DNA of 64,000 nucleotides from Bacteroidales bacterium (lineage in GTDB: Bacteria; Bacteroidota; Bacteroidia; Bacteroidales; WCHB1-69): assembly GCA_045116675.1 (NCBI GenBank), contig JBGUMF010000073.1:9-64008 (forward strand), given 5' to 3'. The notes beneath the pieces were generated by a model, which saw only the letters and a list, made by a program, of their open reading frames with translations, ran no database searches and had not been told where the DNA came from. Shown in pieces: positions 1-7,595 of this stretch (within the stretch, counting starts at the first letter, position 1; each line of letters opens with the position of its first letter). Position numbers and translations under genes: made by a program.

Positions 1-120
1 TTCCAATTTCATTGCTAATTCCAGTGTCCAATACATAACTCTTACGAATAAAATTTATATGATTTTTTAGGGGTGCAAAGGTATAATAATTATAATAAAA
101 CACCTCAAAAAATTAAAATT

Positions 121-660
121 TTATTTCATTGATACATAATATGTTTCGGAAATCTCGTATTTTACATGGAAAAATCTTGCCAAAATAAAGAAATAATCGG
201 ACAGTCGATTCAGCACTTTTTGCACCTTGTTGTAAGCCTCTTCGGAGGCCATCAGGGCGACCACATTCCGTTCGGCGCGGCGGCACACCGTGCGGCACAC
301 GTGCGCGGTCGCGATCACCTCGTTGCCCTGGGGCAGGATGAAGCCCTTCCACGGCGGAAGCTGAGCCGAAAGGGTGTCGATTTCCCGCTCGATGTCCGAC
401 ACGAACGCATCCAGATCCACCTGTTTCCAATATTTCTCCCACAACGGGAGCGGCGTGGCCAGCATTCCACCCACGACAAACAATTTTTGCTGGATTTCTC
501 CCAAAAAAGGGACAGGTTCTTTCGAAATCATCACCCCGATGAACGCATTCAGTTCATCCACGGTACCGTATGCATCCAGTAGGTCGCAATTCTTATAAAC
601 TCTTGATCCATCGGACAATGAAGTCATTCCGGCATCCCCTGTTTTCGTATAAATCTTCAT
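121..660 (-). CDS. ATP:cob(I)alamin adenosyltransferase, PduO type
   Basis: The N-terminus MKIYTKTGDAGMTSL is the hallmark of PduO-type adenosyltransferases. The 179 aa length and ...CRRAER... helix-bundle motifs fit. Family assigned from memory. Confidence 0.85.
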   Translation of the reverse strand: MKIYTKTGDAGMTSLSDGSRVYKNCDLLDAYGTVDELNAFIGVMISKEPVPFLGEIQQKLFVVGGMLATPLPLWEKYWKQVDLDAFVSDIEREIDTLSAQLPPWKGFILPQGNEVIATAHVCRTVCRRAERNVVALMASEEAYNKVQKVLNRLSDYFFILARFFHVKYEISETYYVSMK

Positions 661-695
661 AAAAAAATTTTTTTTGCAAATGTATAAAAAAAATG

Positions 696-703
696 TATCT
701 TTG
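696..703 (+). promoter_or_regulatory. Bacteroidetes-type -7 box (TATCTTTG) upstream of tRNA-Lys
   Basis: Exact match to the TAnnTTTG -7 consensus of the Bacteroides primary sigma factor, 29 nt upstream of the tRNA 5' end. Confidence 0.5.
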
Positions 704-731
704 CCGCCGCAAAAGCAAAGAGAAAAAACAA

Positions 732-804
732 GTCTCCTTAGCTCAGTTGGTAGAGCAATTGACTCTTAATCAATGGGTCCAGGGTTCGAGTCCCTGAGGG
801 GACA
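732..804 (+). tRNA. tRNA-Lys (anticodon CTT)
   Basis: Cloverleaf folded by hand. Acceptor gtctcct/aggggac, D-arm agctcagttggtagagc, anticodon stem attga/tcaat with loop cTCTTaa (CUU), T-arm caggg-ttcgagt-ccctg. No encoded CCA. Confidence 0.9.
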
Positions 805-807
805 CTG

Positions 808-847
808 AAAGCACTCCAAACCTAATTCGTTCGGGGTGCTTTTTTTA
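808..847 (+). terminator. Intrinsic terminator after tRNA-Lys
   Basis: Stem gcactcc (811-817) pairs with ggggtgc (833-839), with one G-U pair, and is followed by a T7 run. Confidence 0.6.
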
Positions 848-874
848 TCCTTTTTGGTTCAAAAAAACTCGACA

Positions 875-3796
875 ATGAAAAAGATCATCCTGTTCCTGCT
901 TGTCCTCGCCACCGTACACGCGTGGGCGCAATCGCAATATGTGAACCCCTTTGTGGGTACCGACGGCCACGGGCACACCTTCCCCGGCGCCATCGTCCCT
1001 TTCGGGGCCGTGCAGGCCAGCCCCGACACGCGCCTCGACGGCTGGGACGGCTGCTCCGGCTACCACTACAGCGACAGCCGCATCTATGGTTTCTCGCACA
1101 CGCACCTCAGCGGCACCGGCTGCAGTGACTATGGGGACATCCTCATCATGCCGTTTTCGGGAAAGCCCTCCATACACAACGGCGAGTATTCCGCCACCTT
1201 CAGCCATAAGAACGAGCAGGCCTCGCCCGGCTACTACCGCGTGCAGCTGGACAACGGCGTGCTGGTGGAGCTCACCGCCGGCAAATATGTGGCCGTACAC
1301 CGCTACACCTTCCCCAAGAAAGGAGCCAAGGGCATCGTCATCGACCTCACGCACCGCGACAAGGTGTTGGCCTCCGGCATCACCCATCAGGGAAACGAGT
1401 TCTTCGGCTTCCGCCGCTCCGAGGCCTGGAATCCCGACCAGTACTGCGCCTTCTCCATCCTGCCCTCCACCCCCGTGCAGCGGGTCGAATATTTCTACAA
1501 CGACCAGCCCGCGGGCGACCATGACGTGCGCGGCGAGAACTGCAAGGCCATCCTCTACTTCGCCGACAACGTGCGCACCGTGACCCTCAACGTGGCCATC
1601 TCCGCCGTGGACATCCAAGGGGCCATGAACAACCAGAAAGAGCTTGCGAACCTCACCTTCGACCAGGTGCGGAAAAACGCCGTTTCCGCGTGGGACCGCG
1701 AACTGGGCAAAATCAAGGTGGAATCCGCCAACGAAGAGTATCTTAAAACATTTTATACAGCCTTATATCATTGTTTCACATCCCCTTACCTCTACTCGGA
1801 TTTGGACGGCCGCTACCGCGGCATGGACGGCGAAATCCATAACGGCGACGGCAAACACCAGATGTACACGGTGTTCTCGCTGTGGGACACCTACCGCGCC
1901 CTGCACCCGCTGCTCAACATCATCGACCGGAAGCGCACGGAGGATTTCCTCTACACGTTCATGCAGCAATACCGCCAAGGCGGGATGCTGCCCGTGTGGG
2001 AACTCTCGGCCCACGAGACCTGGTGCATGATCGGCTACCACTCCGTGCCCGTTATCCTGGACGCCTACGTCAAGGGCATCCACCCCTACGATGAAACGGA
2101 GATGCTGCAGGCGATGGTCCACAGCGCCACCCTGAACAAGCTCGGGCGGCCTGAGTATGCGAAACACGGCTACATCCCCGGCGACGCCGACAATGAATCC
2201 GTATCGAAGACCTTGGAGTACGCCTACGACGACTGGTGCATCGCGCAGTTCGCCACAAAGATACGCAATTTAGAGGTGGCCAACGAGTTCGACCGTCGCG
2301 CCGTATCCTACCGCAACATCCTGGACCCCAACGGGTTCATGCACGGCAAGATCAACGGCGGCTTCGTCGCCCCGTTCGACCCCACGGAGGTCAACAACTT
2401 CTACACCGAGGCCAACAGCTGGCAGTACTCCACTTACGTGCCGCACGACCTGTCGGGCTACATCTACGAAATGGGCGGCAGAGAGCGCACCGAGCAGTTC
2501 CTGGACCGTCTTTTCCACTCCGACTCTAAGATGACCGGCCGAGACCAGTCGGACATCACGGGCATCATCGGGCAGTACGCGCACGGCAACGAGCCCAGCC
2601 ACCACGCCGCCTACCTCTACAACGAGGTGCTGCGCTACGACAAGACCTGCGACATGGTCCGCAAGATCATGACGGAGCTCTACACCTCCAAGCCTGACGG
2701 CCTCTGCGGCAACGAAGACTGCGGCCAGATGTCGGCGTGGTACGTGTTCAGCGCCCTCGGATTCTACCCCGTCTGCCCGGGCAGCAACAGCTACTCGTTA
2801 GGTTACCCGCTCTTCGACCGCGCGACCATCACATTGGAAAATGGTAAAAGTCTGGTTATACGGAGGGAAGGCAAAGGCGACAACGTAGCCAACATCACCA
2901 TCAACGGCAAATCAATCATCAATCCGTACATGCATTTCGGATTCGACGACATCAAAAACGGCGGCGAGATTGTCTTCACCATGGGTTCCATGCCCACCAA
3001 CCGTTTCATGGGTGCCCGCGACGGCTACGCAACCAAAATCCCCGCCCCGCCCGTGCCCTACTTCTCCACCGACAAACGGAGTTTCAGCGAGCCCACGCGG
3101 GTGGAAATCCTAAACTACCGTCCCAACAACCTCCAGCTGAAAAGCTATGATGTGGACACGTGGGCCGAGACCGACATCTATTATACGACCGACGGCAGCA
3201 CACCCGCGCCCACGCACGGCACACGTTACGACAAGCCCATCAACGTGGACAAGGAGATGACCCTCAAGGCGATAGCCTACCATAAAGACCTCGGGGCCAG
3301 CCCCGTAGCCGAGGCCCATTATGTCTTCTTCAACAAAGACAAGACGCTCACCTACCTCACCCAGCCCAACCCGCAGTACTTCGCCGGCGGGAACGACGGC
3401 CTCATCGACGGCATCCGCGGCAAGGCCAACTGGCGTGTGGGCAGCTGGCAGGGCATCCAGGGCGACTTCGAGGCCGTCATCGACCTGCAGAAGAGCAAAG
3501 AGGTCAACCGCGTGACCGTCAGCTGTCTGGAAGACGTGCGGGCCTGGATTTTCTTCCCCTCCAAAGTGGAAATCTACATTTCGGACGATGGCGAGCACTA
3601 CACGCTGTTCGGTCGCACCGACGGCATCGGCTCCGAGAAATCGGAAGATGCCAAGCTGCACGAGTTTGTCGTAAACGGAAGCGGGAAAGGTCGTTACCTG
3701 AAAGTGAAGGCCACCAACTACGGCAAGCTGCCCGACTGGCACATCAGCGCGGGCCATCAGTCGTGGATGTTCTTGGATGAAATCACGGTGGACTGA
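875..3796 (+). CDS. GH92 alpha-mannosidase with C-terminal CHB_HEX_C-like and F5/8 type C (discoidin) domains
   Basis: Signal peptide MKKIILFLLVLATVHAWAQ, then the GH92 signature NPFVGTDGHGHTFPGA..PFG.VQ.SPDT. The C-terminus has DIYYTTDGSTP (chitobiase-C-like) and a discoidin-like segment. Start moved to the ATG at 875, since the ORF track begins at 836. Confidence 0.9.
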   Translation: MKKIILFLLVLATVHAWAQSQYVNPFVGTDGHGHTFPGAIVPFGAVQASPDTRLDGWDGCSGYHYSDSRIYGFSHTHLSGTGCSDYGDILIMPFSGKPSIHNGEYSATFSHKNEQASPGYYRVQLDNGVLVELTAGKYVAVHRYTFPKKGAKGIVIDLTHRDKVLASGITHQGNEFFGFRRSEAWNPDQYCAFSILPSTPVQRVEYFYNDQPAGDHDVRGENCKAILYFADNVRTVTLNVAISAVDIQGAMNNQKELANLTFDQVRKNAVSAWDRELGKIKVESANEEYLKTFYTALYHCFTSPYLYSDLDGRYRGMDGEIHNGDGKHQMYTVFSLWDTYRALHPLLNIIDRKRTEDFLYTFMQQYRQGGMLPVWELSAHETWCMIGYHSVPVILDAYVKGIHPYDETEMLQAMVHSATLNKLGRPEYAKHGYIPGDADNESVSKTLEYAYDDWCIAQFATKIRNLEVANEFDRRAVSYRNILDPNGFMHGKINGGFVAPFDPTEVNNFYTEANSWQYSTYVPHDLSGYIYEMGGRERTEQFLDRLFHSDSKMTGRDQSDITGIIGQYAHGNEPSHHAAYLYNEVLRYDKTCDMVRKIMTELYTSKPDGLCGNEDCGQMSAWYVFSALGFYPVCPGSNSYSLGYPLFDRATITLENGKSLVIRREGKGDNVANITINGKSIINPYMHFGFDDIKNGGEIVFTMGSMPTNRFMGARDGYATKIPAPPVPYFSTDKRSFSEPTRVEILNYRPNNLQLKSYDVDTWAETDIYYTTDGSTPAPTHGTRYDKPINVDKEMTLKAIAYHKDLGASPVAEAHYVFFNKDKTLTYLTQPNPQYFAGGNDGLIDGIRGKANWRVGSWQGIQGDFEAVIDLQKSKEVNRVTVSCLEDVRAWIFFPSKVEIYISDDGEHYTLFGRTDGIGSEKSEDAKLHEFVVNGSGKGRYLKVKATNYGKLPDWHISAGHQSWMFLDEITVD

Positions 3797-3801
3797 CAGA
3801 T

Positions 3802-3975
3802 GGCACGCGCGTGCCCGCCGCGAAATCACCGGTGTTGGAGACACCGCATCTTATTAACCCCAGATGAGCGCAGCGTAATCCGGGGACGTGGCGCGCCCCA
3901 TGTACCCCCTCGCGGCGCGGCAGGCGCGTGCCACGGAGATGTGGTGTGCCCGCCGCGCAAGGTACGCGCGGGCAT
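3802..3975 (+). repeat. GC-rich structured repeat, copy A (fills the gap between convergent GH92 and ORF6N genes)
   Basis: The core ggtgtTggagacacc...ttattaacCCCAGAtgagcgcagcgtaaTCCGGGG...cgcggcgcggcaggcgcgtgccacg...gcccgccgcg is shared with copies at 5129-5292 and 6294-6430. The outer ends are inverted-repeat-like (atggcacgcgcgtgcc / ggtacgcgcgggcat). Confidence 0.8.
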
Positions 3976-3981
3976 CTGGCA

Positions 3982-4599
3982 TCAGTCGCCCAATCGCTGT
4001 TTCAGCCTCGCAATCTCCTCCCTCAGTTCCCGGACCTCGGCATCATTCTCCCGCTTCACGGAATGTCGGAACTTGAACATCGCGAGGTTCAACTCGAAAG
4101 AGGTCTCCCTGCTTTGCCCGGGCAGGAGATCCGTAAGAAGGTCATCGATGAGCTGGCCGCCCCGATGCAGCAACCGGTTCTGCTCCTGCTTGCCCGCCTC
4201 GCTCTCCTCCACCTGCGGTAGCGCCACCATCACCCGCGACAGCTCCTTCAGCTTCGCGTAGGCCTCCACAATCGCGATGGTCGTCTCCACCGCCTTCGGA
4301 CTCTTCAGGATTGTGGCCAGCATATAGAGGCCCTTCTCGGTGAAAGCCTTGGGTGGATATTTTGAATGTTGTCCTCTTCCTAATTTCTTTAAGGTCGAAA
4401 ATTTCGACCTTAAAGATGATAGTTCTTCTTCCATCAACTCCCACACATACCCTTCTGGAAATTTTTCTGGGTTGTTACTGACGGCCTCATTAATGCGTTT
4501 GGTCTCTACGCCATACAACTCCGCCACATCGGCATCCAATATCACCTGCTGGTCCCGCAGGGTGATAATCTTGCTTTCTACATCAATAATATTAGTCAT
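3982..4599 (-). CDS. ORF6N (KilA-N-like) domain DNA-binding protein
   Basis: The N-terminus IITLRDQQVILDADVAELYGVETKRINEAVSNNPEKFPEGYVWEL is typical of the ORF6N domain. The C-terminus is predicted coiled-coil (EVRELREEIARLKQRL). Confidence 0.8.
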   Translation of the reverse strand: MTNIIDVESKIITLRDQQVILDADVAELYGVETKRINEAVSNNPEKFPEGYVWELMEEELSSLRSKFSTLKKLGRGQHSKYPPKAFTEKGLYMLATILKSPKAVETTIAIVEAYAKLKELSRVMVALPQVEESEAGKQEQNRLLHRGGQLIDDLLTDLLPGQSRETSFELNLAMFKFRHSVKRENDAEVRELREEIARLKQRLGD

Positions 4600-4635
4600 T
4601 GCTTTAAGTGTTAAATTTAAATTAATTTATCACCG

Positions 4636-4643
4636 CAAAGATA
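4636..4643 (-). promoter_or_regulatory. -7 box (TATCTTTG on minus strand) for the ORF6N gene
   Basis: The reverse complement of caaagata matches TAnnTTTG, 37 nt upstream of the ATG at 4599. Confidence 0.5.
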
Positions 4644-4716
4644 CATCCAAAATCCGCATTTGTCAATGGAATTATGAAAATTTTTCAACCCTGATTATCA
4701 AATAAATATAAATTAA

Positions 4717-4749
4717 TTTGAATAAATCAATATTTAATAGTTAAATTTG
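4717..4749 (+). promoter_or_regulatory. Candidate orphan promoter (-33 TTTG, -7 TAAATTTG) pointing into the hairpin array
   Basis: TTTG at 4717-4720 and TAAATTTG at 4742-4749 are separated by 21 nt. No credible protein-coding ORF lies downstream before 5621. Confidence 0.4.
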
Positions 4750-4860
4750 CAACACAACTTCGGAAATAAATCGCTTCATACTGCAAATTTCAGGTTATTG
4801 GAATAAGATCCCATCACTGCAAACATAACTGCGTGTGCGTTATGCTTGCATCGCCAATAT

Positions 4861-5125
4861 GAATCCCCTCACGGGGATTGAAATTTGCCGGGCATCCGTT
4901 TTTGCTACAGGTATGCATCCCCTACGGGGATTATGGAGCACGGCAAGTTGCCATACAACATAGAATCCCGTCAAGGATTCCATCTCTGTGGCACATTGCA
5001 TCCCAAAGGTTTCCACAGAACCCCGTAGGGGGTCCATATCTGTAACGATGCGTCCCCGATGGTCTCCGCAGAACCCCGTCAGGGGTTCCAGCTCGGTAGC
5101 CAGGGATGACAAACCCAGGGAAAAC
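4861..5125. repeat. Degenerate tandem array of short GC-stem hairpins (REP/BIME-like)
   Basis: There are at least 7 units of the form (g/c)a(a/t)CCCC-nnnn-GGGG(a/t)t. Examples are gaatCCCCtcacGGGGattg 4861, gcatCCCCtacGGGGatta 4915, gaatCCCgtcaaGGattc 4963, gaaCCCCgtagGGGGtcc 5018 and gaaCCCCgtcaGGGGttcc 5071. The last two roughly 52-nt super-units (4998-5049 and 5050-5101) are clearly homologous. Confidence 0.75.
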
Positions 5126-5128
5126 AGG

Positions 5129-5292
5129 AGCGTGCCACAGCGAAAACGCTGGTGTCGAAGACACCACATCTCATTAACCCCAGATGAGCGCAGCGTAATC
5201 TGGGGGAGATAATGCGCGCCCACGGCACCCGCGCGGCGCGGCAGGCGCGGGCCACGAAGATGTGTGCGGGCCGCCGCGAAACGACAACGCGA
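5129..5292 (+). repeat. GC-rich structured repeat, copy B
   Basis: ggtgtcgaagacacc...cattaacCCCAGAtgagcgcagcgtaaTCTGGGG...cgcggcgcggcaggcgcgggccacgaag...ggccgccgcgaaa. Same orientation as copies A and C. Confidence 0.8.
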
Positions 5293-5464
5293 AATAAGGG
5301 AGAAATCTTTTGCCAAAACCATAACAGACCATGCAAGTCAACAAGGGCATCAGAATTGCATTTTTCTCCGAAATACGACGAACAAATCATCAGACACCCA
5401 AACAATACAACAATAATAATTTACAATTTATTGATTTTATGTAAAATAAAATTATCATACAACA

Positions 5465-5496
5465 CTTGACAAAGGACACTCTTTGCATTATATTTG
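5465..5496 (+). promoter_or_regulatory. Candidate promoter (-33 cTTG, -7 TATATTTG) for the toxin-antitoxin pair
   Basis: TATATTTG at 5489-5496 matches TAnnTTTG, with TTG at 5466-5468. Confidence 0.45.
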
Positions 5497-5620
5497 CAAA
5501 TGAACCTAAAAGAAAGAAAACATGTATCGAAAATCTAATGTGAACAAATCTCCTATAGTGTATTTTGTGTATTTTTGCAACCGCAACACGGAGGTGTCGT
5601 CTTATCCCTTAGACAAAAGC

Positions 5621-5857
5621 ATGGGTACCTATAATATAATATTGAACGATGAACTGGTCGAGAAGGCCCGTCCGGCTTTCCCCGACGAGAATGCTTTGCA
5701 ATGTTGGTTGCAGGAACAAGTTGTCGATGCCCTGGAACGCCTTGTCAAAAAAAATTCCGAAGCCAATCAATGTGCTATGGTGAAAGAAAGCATGACAAGG
5801 GCTTTTGAAGAATTGCATTCCGGTCGTGTCAAAAAAAACGCCAGAGAACTCTTTTAA
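5621..5857 (+). CDS. Small protein, putative antitoxin of the downstream RelE/ParE-like toxin
   Basis: 78 aa (MGTYNIILNDELVEKARPAF...). It ends 14 nt before the toxin ATG and has a small acidic/helical composition. No family recognised. The start is uncertain, since the ORF track begins at 5522. Confidence 0.5.
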   Translation: MGTYNIILNDELVEKARPAFPDENALQCWLQEQVVDALERLVKKNSEANQCAMVKESMTRAFEELHSGRVKKNARELF

Positions 5858-5871
5858 CTGACGCACAGACG

Positions 5872-6216
5872 ATGGAAGTGGAGTTTGATTATTTGCCCGA
5901 ATTTGAAAGGCGGGCAAAGGCTTTGGCGAAGAAATACCAATCATTCACAGCAGATTATCAAACATTTCTGGATGAATTGGAGAACAATCCATTCGGCGGG
6001 GAATCGCTTGGACACAACACGTACAAATACCGAATGGCCATCACCTCGAAAGGCAGAGGCAAACGTGGCGGTGCAAGAGTGATCACATACAACTTGACCC
6101 AGACGGAGGATTCTTTAAGGATCACATTAATGTCTATATACGACAAGTCTGAAATTAGCAATGTTTCAACAGCATACCTTCGCCAATTAGTTCAATCTAT
6201 TGAGGAAAATCATTGA
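5872..6216 (+). CDS. RelE/ParE-superfamily toxin (Gp49/HigB-like, GGARVI motif)
   Basis: 114 aa. The pattern FL.EL..NP..G..LG...YK.R.AI.SKG.GKRGGARVI is typical of Bacteroidetes RelE/ParE-family toxins. Confidence 0.75.
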   Translation: MEVEFDYLPEFERRAKALAKKYQSFTADYQTFLDELENNPFGGESLGHNTYKYRMAITSKGRGKRGGARVITYNLTQTEDSLRITLMSIYDKSEISNVSTAYLRQLVQSIEENH

Positions 6217-6293
6217 GAACGGCCCAATGTTGCCCAGCCCGACCGATTTAGGGATTCCTATTTGTTTCACGATAACACTTGGACTAAGACTGC

Positions 6294-6430
6294 ACCGGTG
6301 TCGGAGACACCATATTTTATTAACCCCGGATGAGCGCAGCGTAATCCGGGGACGTGGCGCACCCCTTGTACCCCCTCGCGGCGCGGCAGGCGCGTGCCAC
6401 GAAGCTATGGATTTGCCGCCGCGCAACGCG
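6294..6430 (+). repeat. GC-rich structured repeat, copy C
   Basis: ggtgtcggagacacc...ttattaacCCCGGAtgagcgcagcgtaaTCCGGGG...cgcggcgcggcaggcgcgtgccacgaag...gccgccgcgcaa. Very close to copy A by eye over the core. Confidence 0.8.
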
Positions 6431-6991
6431 AGCCTCCCTCATCCATCTCCCCTTCACCCGCAATTCACCACCCCTCAATCCACATGACAATTAGCTTTCC
6501 CCCACACTTGCCATTCCCTGCTGCTGCCCATTGTTCGGCGACAAAGAATCTGTTTTTGCTTTCCAACACCCCGTTTGCTTCGAAACGGAATTGCAAAATT
6601 AACAATTCAAAAAACACAATTGTTAAATTATTTTTGCAAAAAGCTGATTATCAACCAGAAAAAATTTTCACAAAGCCCTTGACAAAACCTTCCGTCGGAG
6701 TTACTTTTGACAACAAAAACAATTAACCGAAATATGAACCCAACCACACACGATTCCAGCAACAGATCCATCCTCGATGACCACTTCATCTAAGCAATCA
6801 GCCAGGCCTTCGCAATGCCCACTAAAGAGTTGTCAGTTGTCAATTATCAGTTAGGAGTTGAAACCTGAAACCTTTAACTTTTTAACTTCTTCACTCCTTA
6901 GTTTTTCAACTCCCCCACTACCCCGCCCTTCGGGCACCCCTTCTCAAGAAGGGGAATGACGCTCCCCCTTAACTTCTTAACTCAATTCACT

Positions 6992-7567
6992 ATGGAACAC
7001 CTTGACCAAATCCAAAATCTCATCTACAACATCCGTGGACAACGCGTGATGATCGACTATGACCTTGCTCGTATCTATCAAGTGGAAACAGGGCAACTGA
7101 AGCGTCAAGTTCGGCGCAATATTGAACGTTTTGAAGGTGATGATTTCATGTTTGAAATCACACACGAAGAACTCTTGAGATGCCAAATTGGCACCTCAAG
7201 CTGGGGAGGCAGTCGTTATGGAGCTTTCGCCTTTACAGAATTAGGCGTAGCAATGCTTAGCGGTGTCCTTAATTCAAAAGTAGCTGTTGATGCAAACCGA
7301 AAAATAATGCGTGCCTTTGTCTGCTATCGACATATGGCGGAGATGCCCCTCGCTGCCACCTATATCGAATTGCGAAAACAGATCGAGGATCTCAGAGCCG
7401 AAGTAAATGATATCCTGGCGGACCAGAACGAGATCAACGAGCACACCCGTGCACAGCTGGATGCCATCAGCACGGTTTTGTCGGAATTACAGGCCTCAGA
7501 ACCCACGTCCCGATGCCGGCCCATCGGCTATATTCGTCCTACAGAGGAGGAAGGTAATGAACCATGA
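6992..7567 (+). CDS. ORF6N (KilA-N-like) domain protein
   Basis: IYNIRGQRVMIDYDLARIYQVETGQLKRQVRRNIERFEGDDFMFEIT is paralogous to the 3982-4599 product. Start chosen at MEHLDQ; the ORF track begins at 6956. Confidence 0.75.
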   Translation: MEHLDQIQNLIYNIRGQRVMIDYDLARIYQVETGQLKRQVRRNIERFEGDDFMFEITHEELLRCQIGTSSWGGSRYGAFAFTELGVAMLSGVLNSKVAVDANRKIMRAFVCYRHMAEMPLAATYIELRKQIEDLRAEVNDILADQNEINEHTRAQLDAISTVLSELQASEPTSRCRPIGYIRPTEEEGNEP

Positions 7568-7595
7568 CAGCGTTCCCTCTTAGTTTCTTAACAGC

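Noticed and set aside
836-874. Upstream extensions of ORF-track genes: 836 for GH92, 44511-44840 for the beta-barrel receptor, 36295-36450 for Omp28-like, 31027-31227 for the AlaDH-like gene, 16000-16068 for lpxD, 13855-13911, 18599-18676, 41368-41394 and 63841-63954.
   Set aside because: The extensions precede obvious signal peptides or conserved N-termini, overlap neighbouring genes or promoters (for example the bamD promoter), and contain TAnnTTTG boxes that must lie upstream of the true start.
3858-3885. Hammerhead-like GATGAG in hairpin 2 of the structured repeat.
   Set aside because: Only a partial resemblance to the CUGAUGA box. The GAAA box and three-stem junction geometry are absent.
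3800-4261. ORFs running through the three repeat copies (3800-4261, 4988-5212, 6200-6487). They share the peptide ...RHHILLTPDERSVIRGRGAP.VPPRGAAGACH.
   Set aside because: The peptide conservation simply mirrors nucleotide conservation of the repeat. There is no conserved start codon. The reading frames end at different places, with copy B stopping right after ...VIWGR. Substitutions between copies are not biased to synonymous positions, and the compensatory stem changes argue for structure rather than coding.
4963-5089. Resemblance of some hairpin units (gaatcccgtc, gaaccccgtagggggtcca) to tRNA T-arm/acceptor 3' halves.
   Set aside because: No complete T-loop (TTCGA) or matching acceptor/D/anticodon arms can be folded. 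The similarity is limited to a GC stem.
4861-5125. Possible CRISPR array.
   Set aside because: The repeats are short (about 18-20 nt), degenerate and irregularly spaced (20-54 nt). There are no unique spacers of uniform length and no cas genes anywhere in the window.
4840-5322. A 160-aa minus-strand ORF across the hairpin array, with recurring PLTGF/PLRGS/IPVRGF motifs.
   Set aside because: The periodic peptide motif is an artefact of translating CCCC-N4-GGGG hairpin repeats. The ORF has no promoter or recognisable fold and overlaps repeat copy B.
5522-5620. Alternative longer start (MYRKSNVNKS...) for the putative antitoxin.
   Set aside because: The extension is hydrophobic, low-complexity and poorly gene-like. 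MGTYNIIL... gives a typical small-antitoxin size. The question remains open, so it is noted in the feature evidence.
3802-6430. Integron attC sites or a CALIN (a cluster of attC sites lacking an integrase).
   Set aside because: There is no intI-like gene. The elements lack RYYYAAC/GTTRRRY boundary boxes. The copies are highly similar in sequence, whereas attC sites conserve structure more than sequence. The cassette genes are in both orientations. The analogy is kept only as a functional hypothesis.
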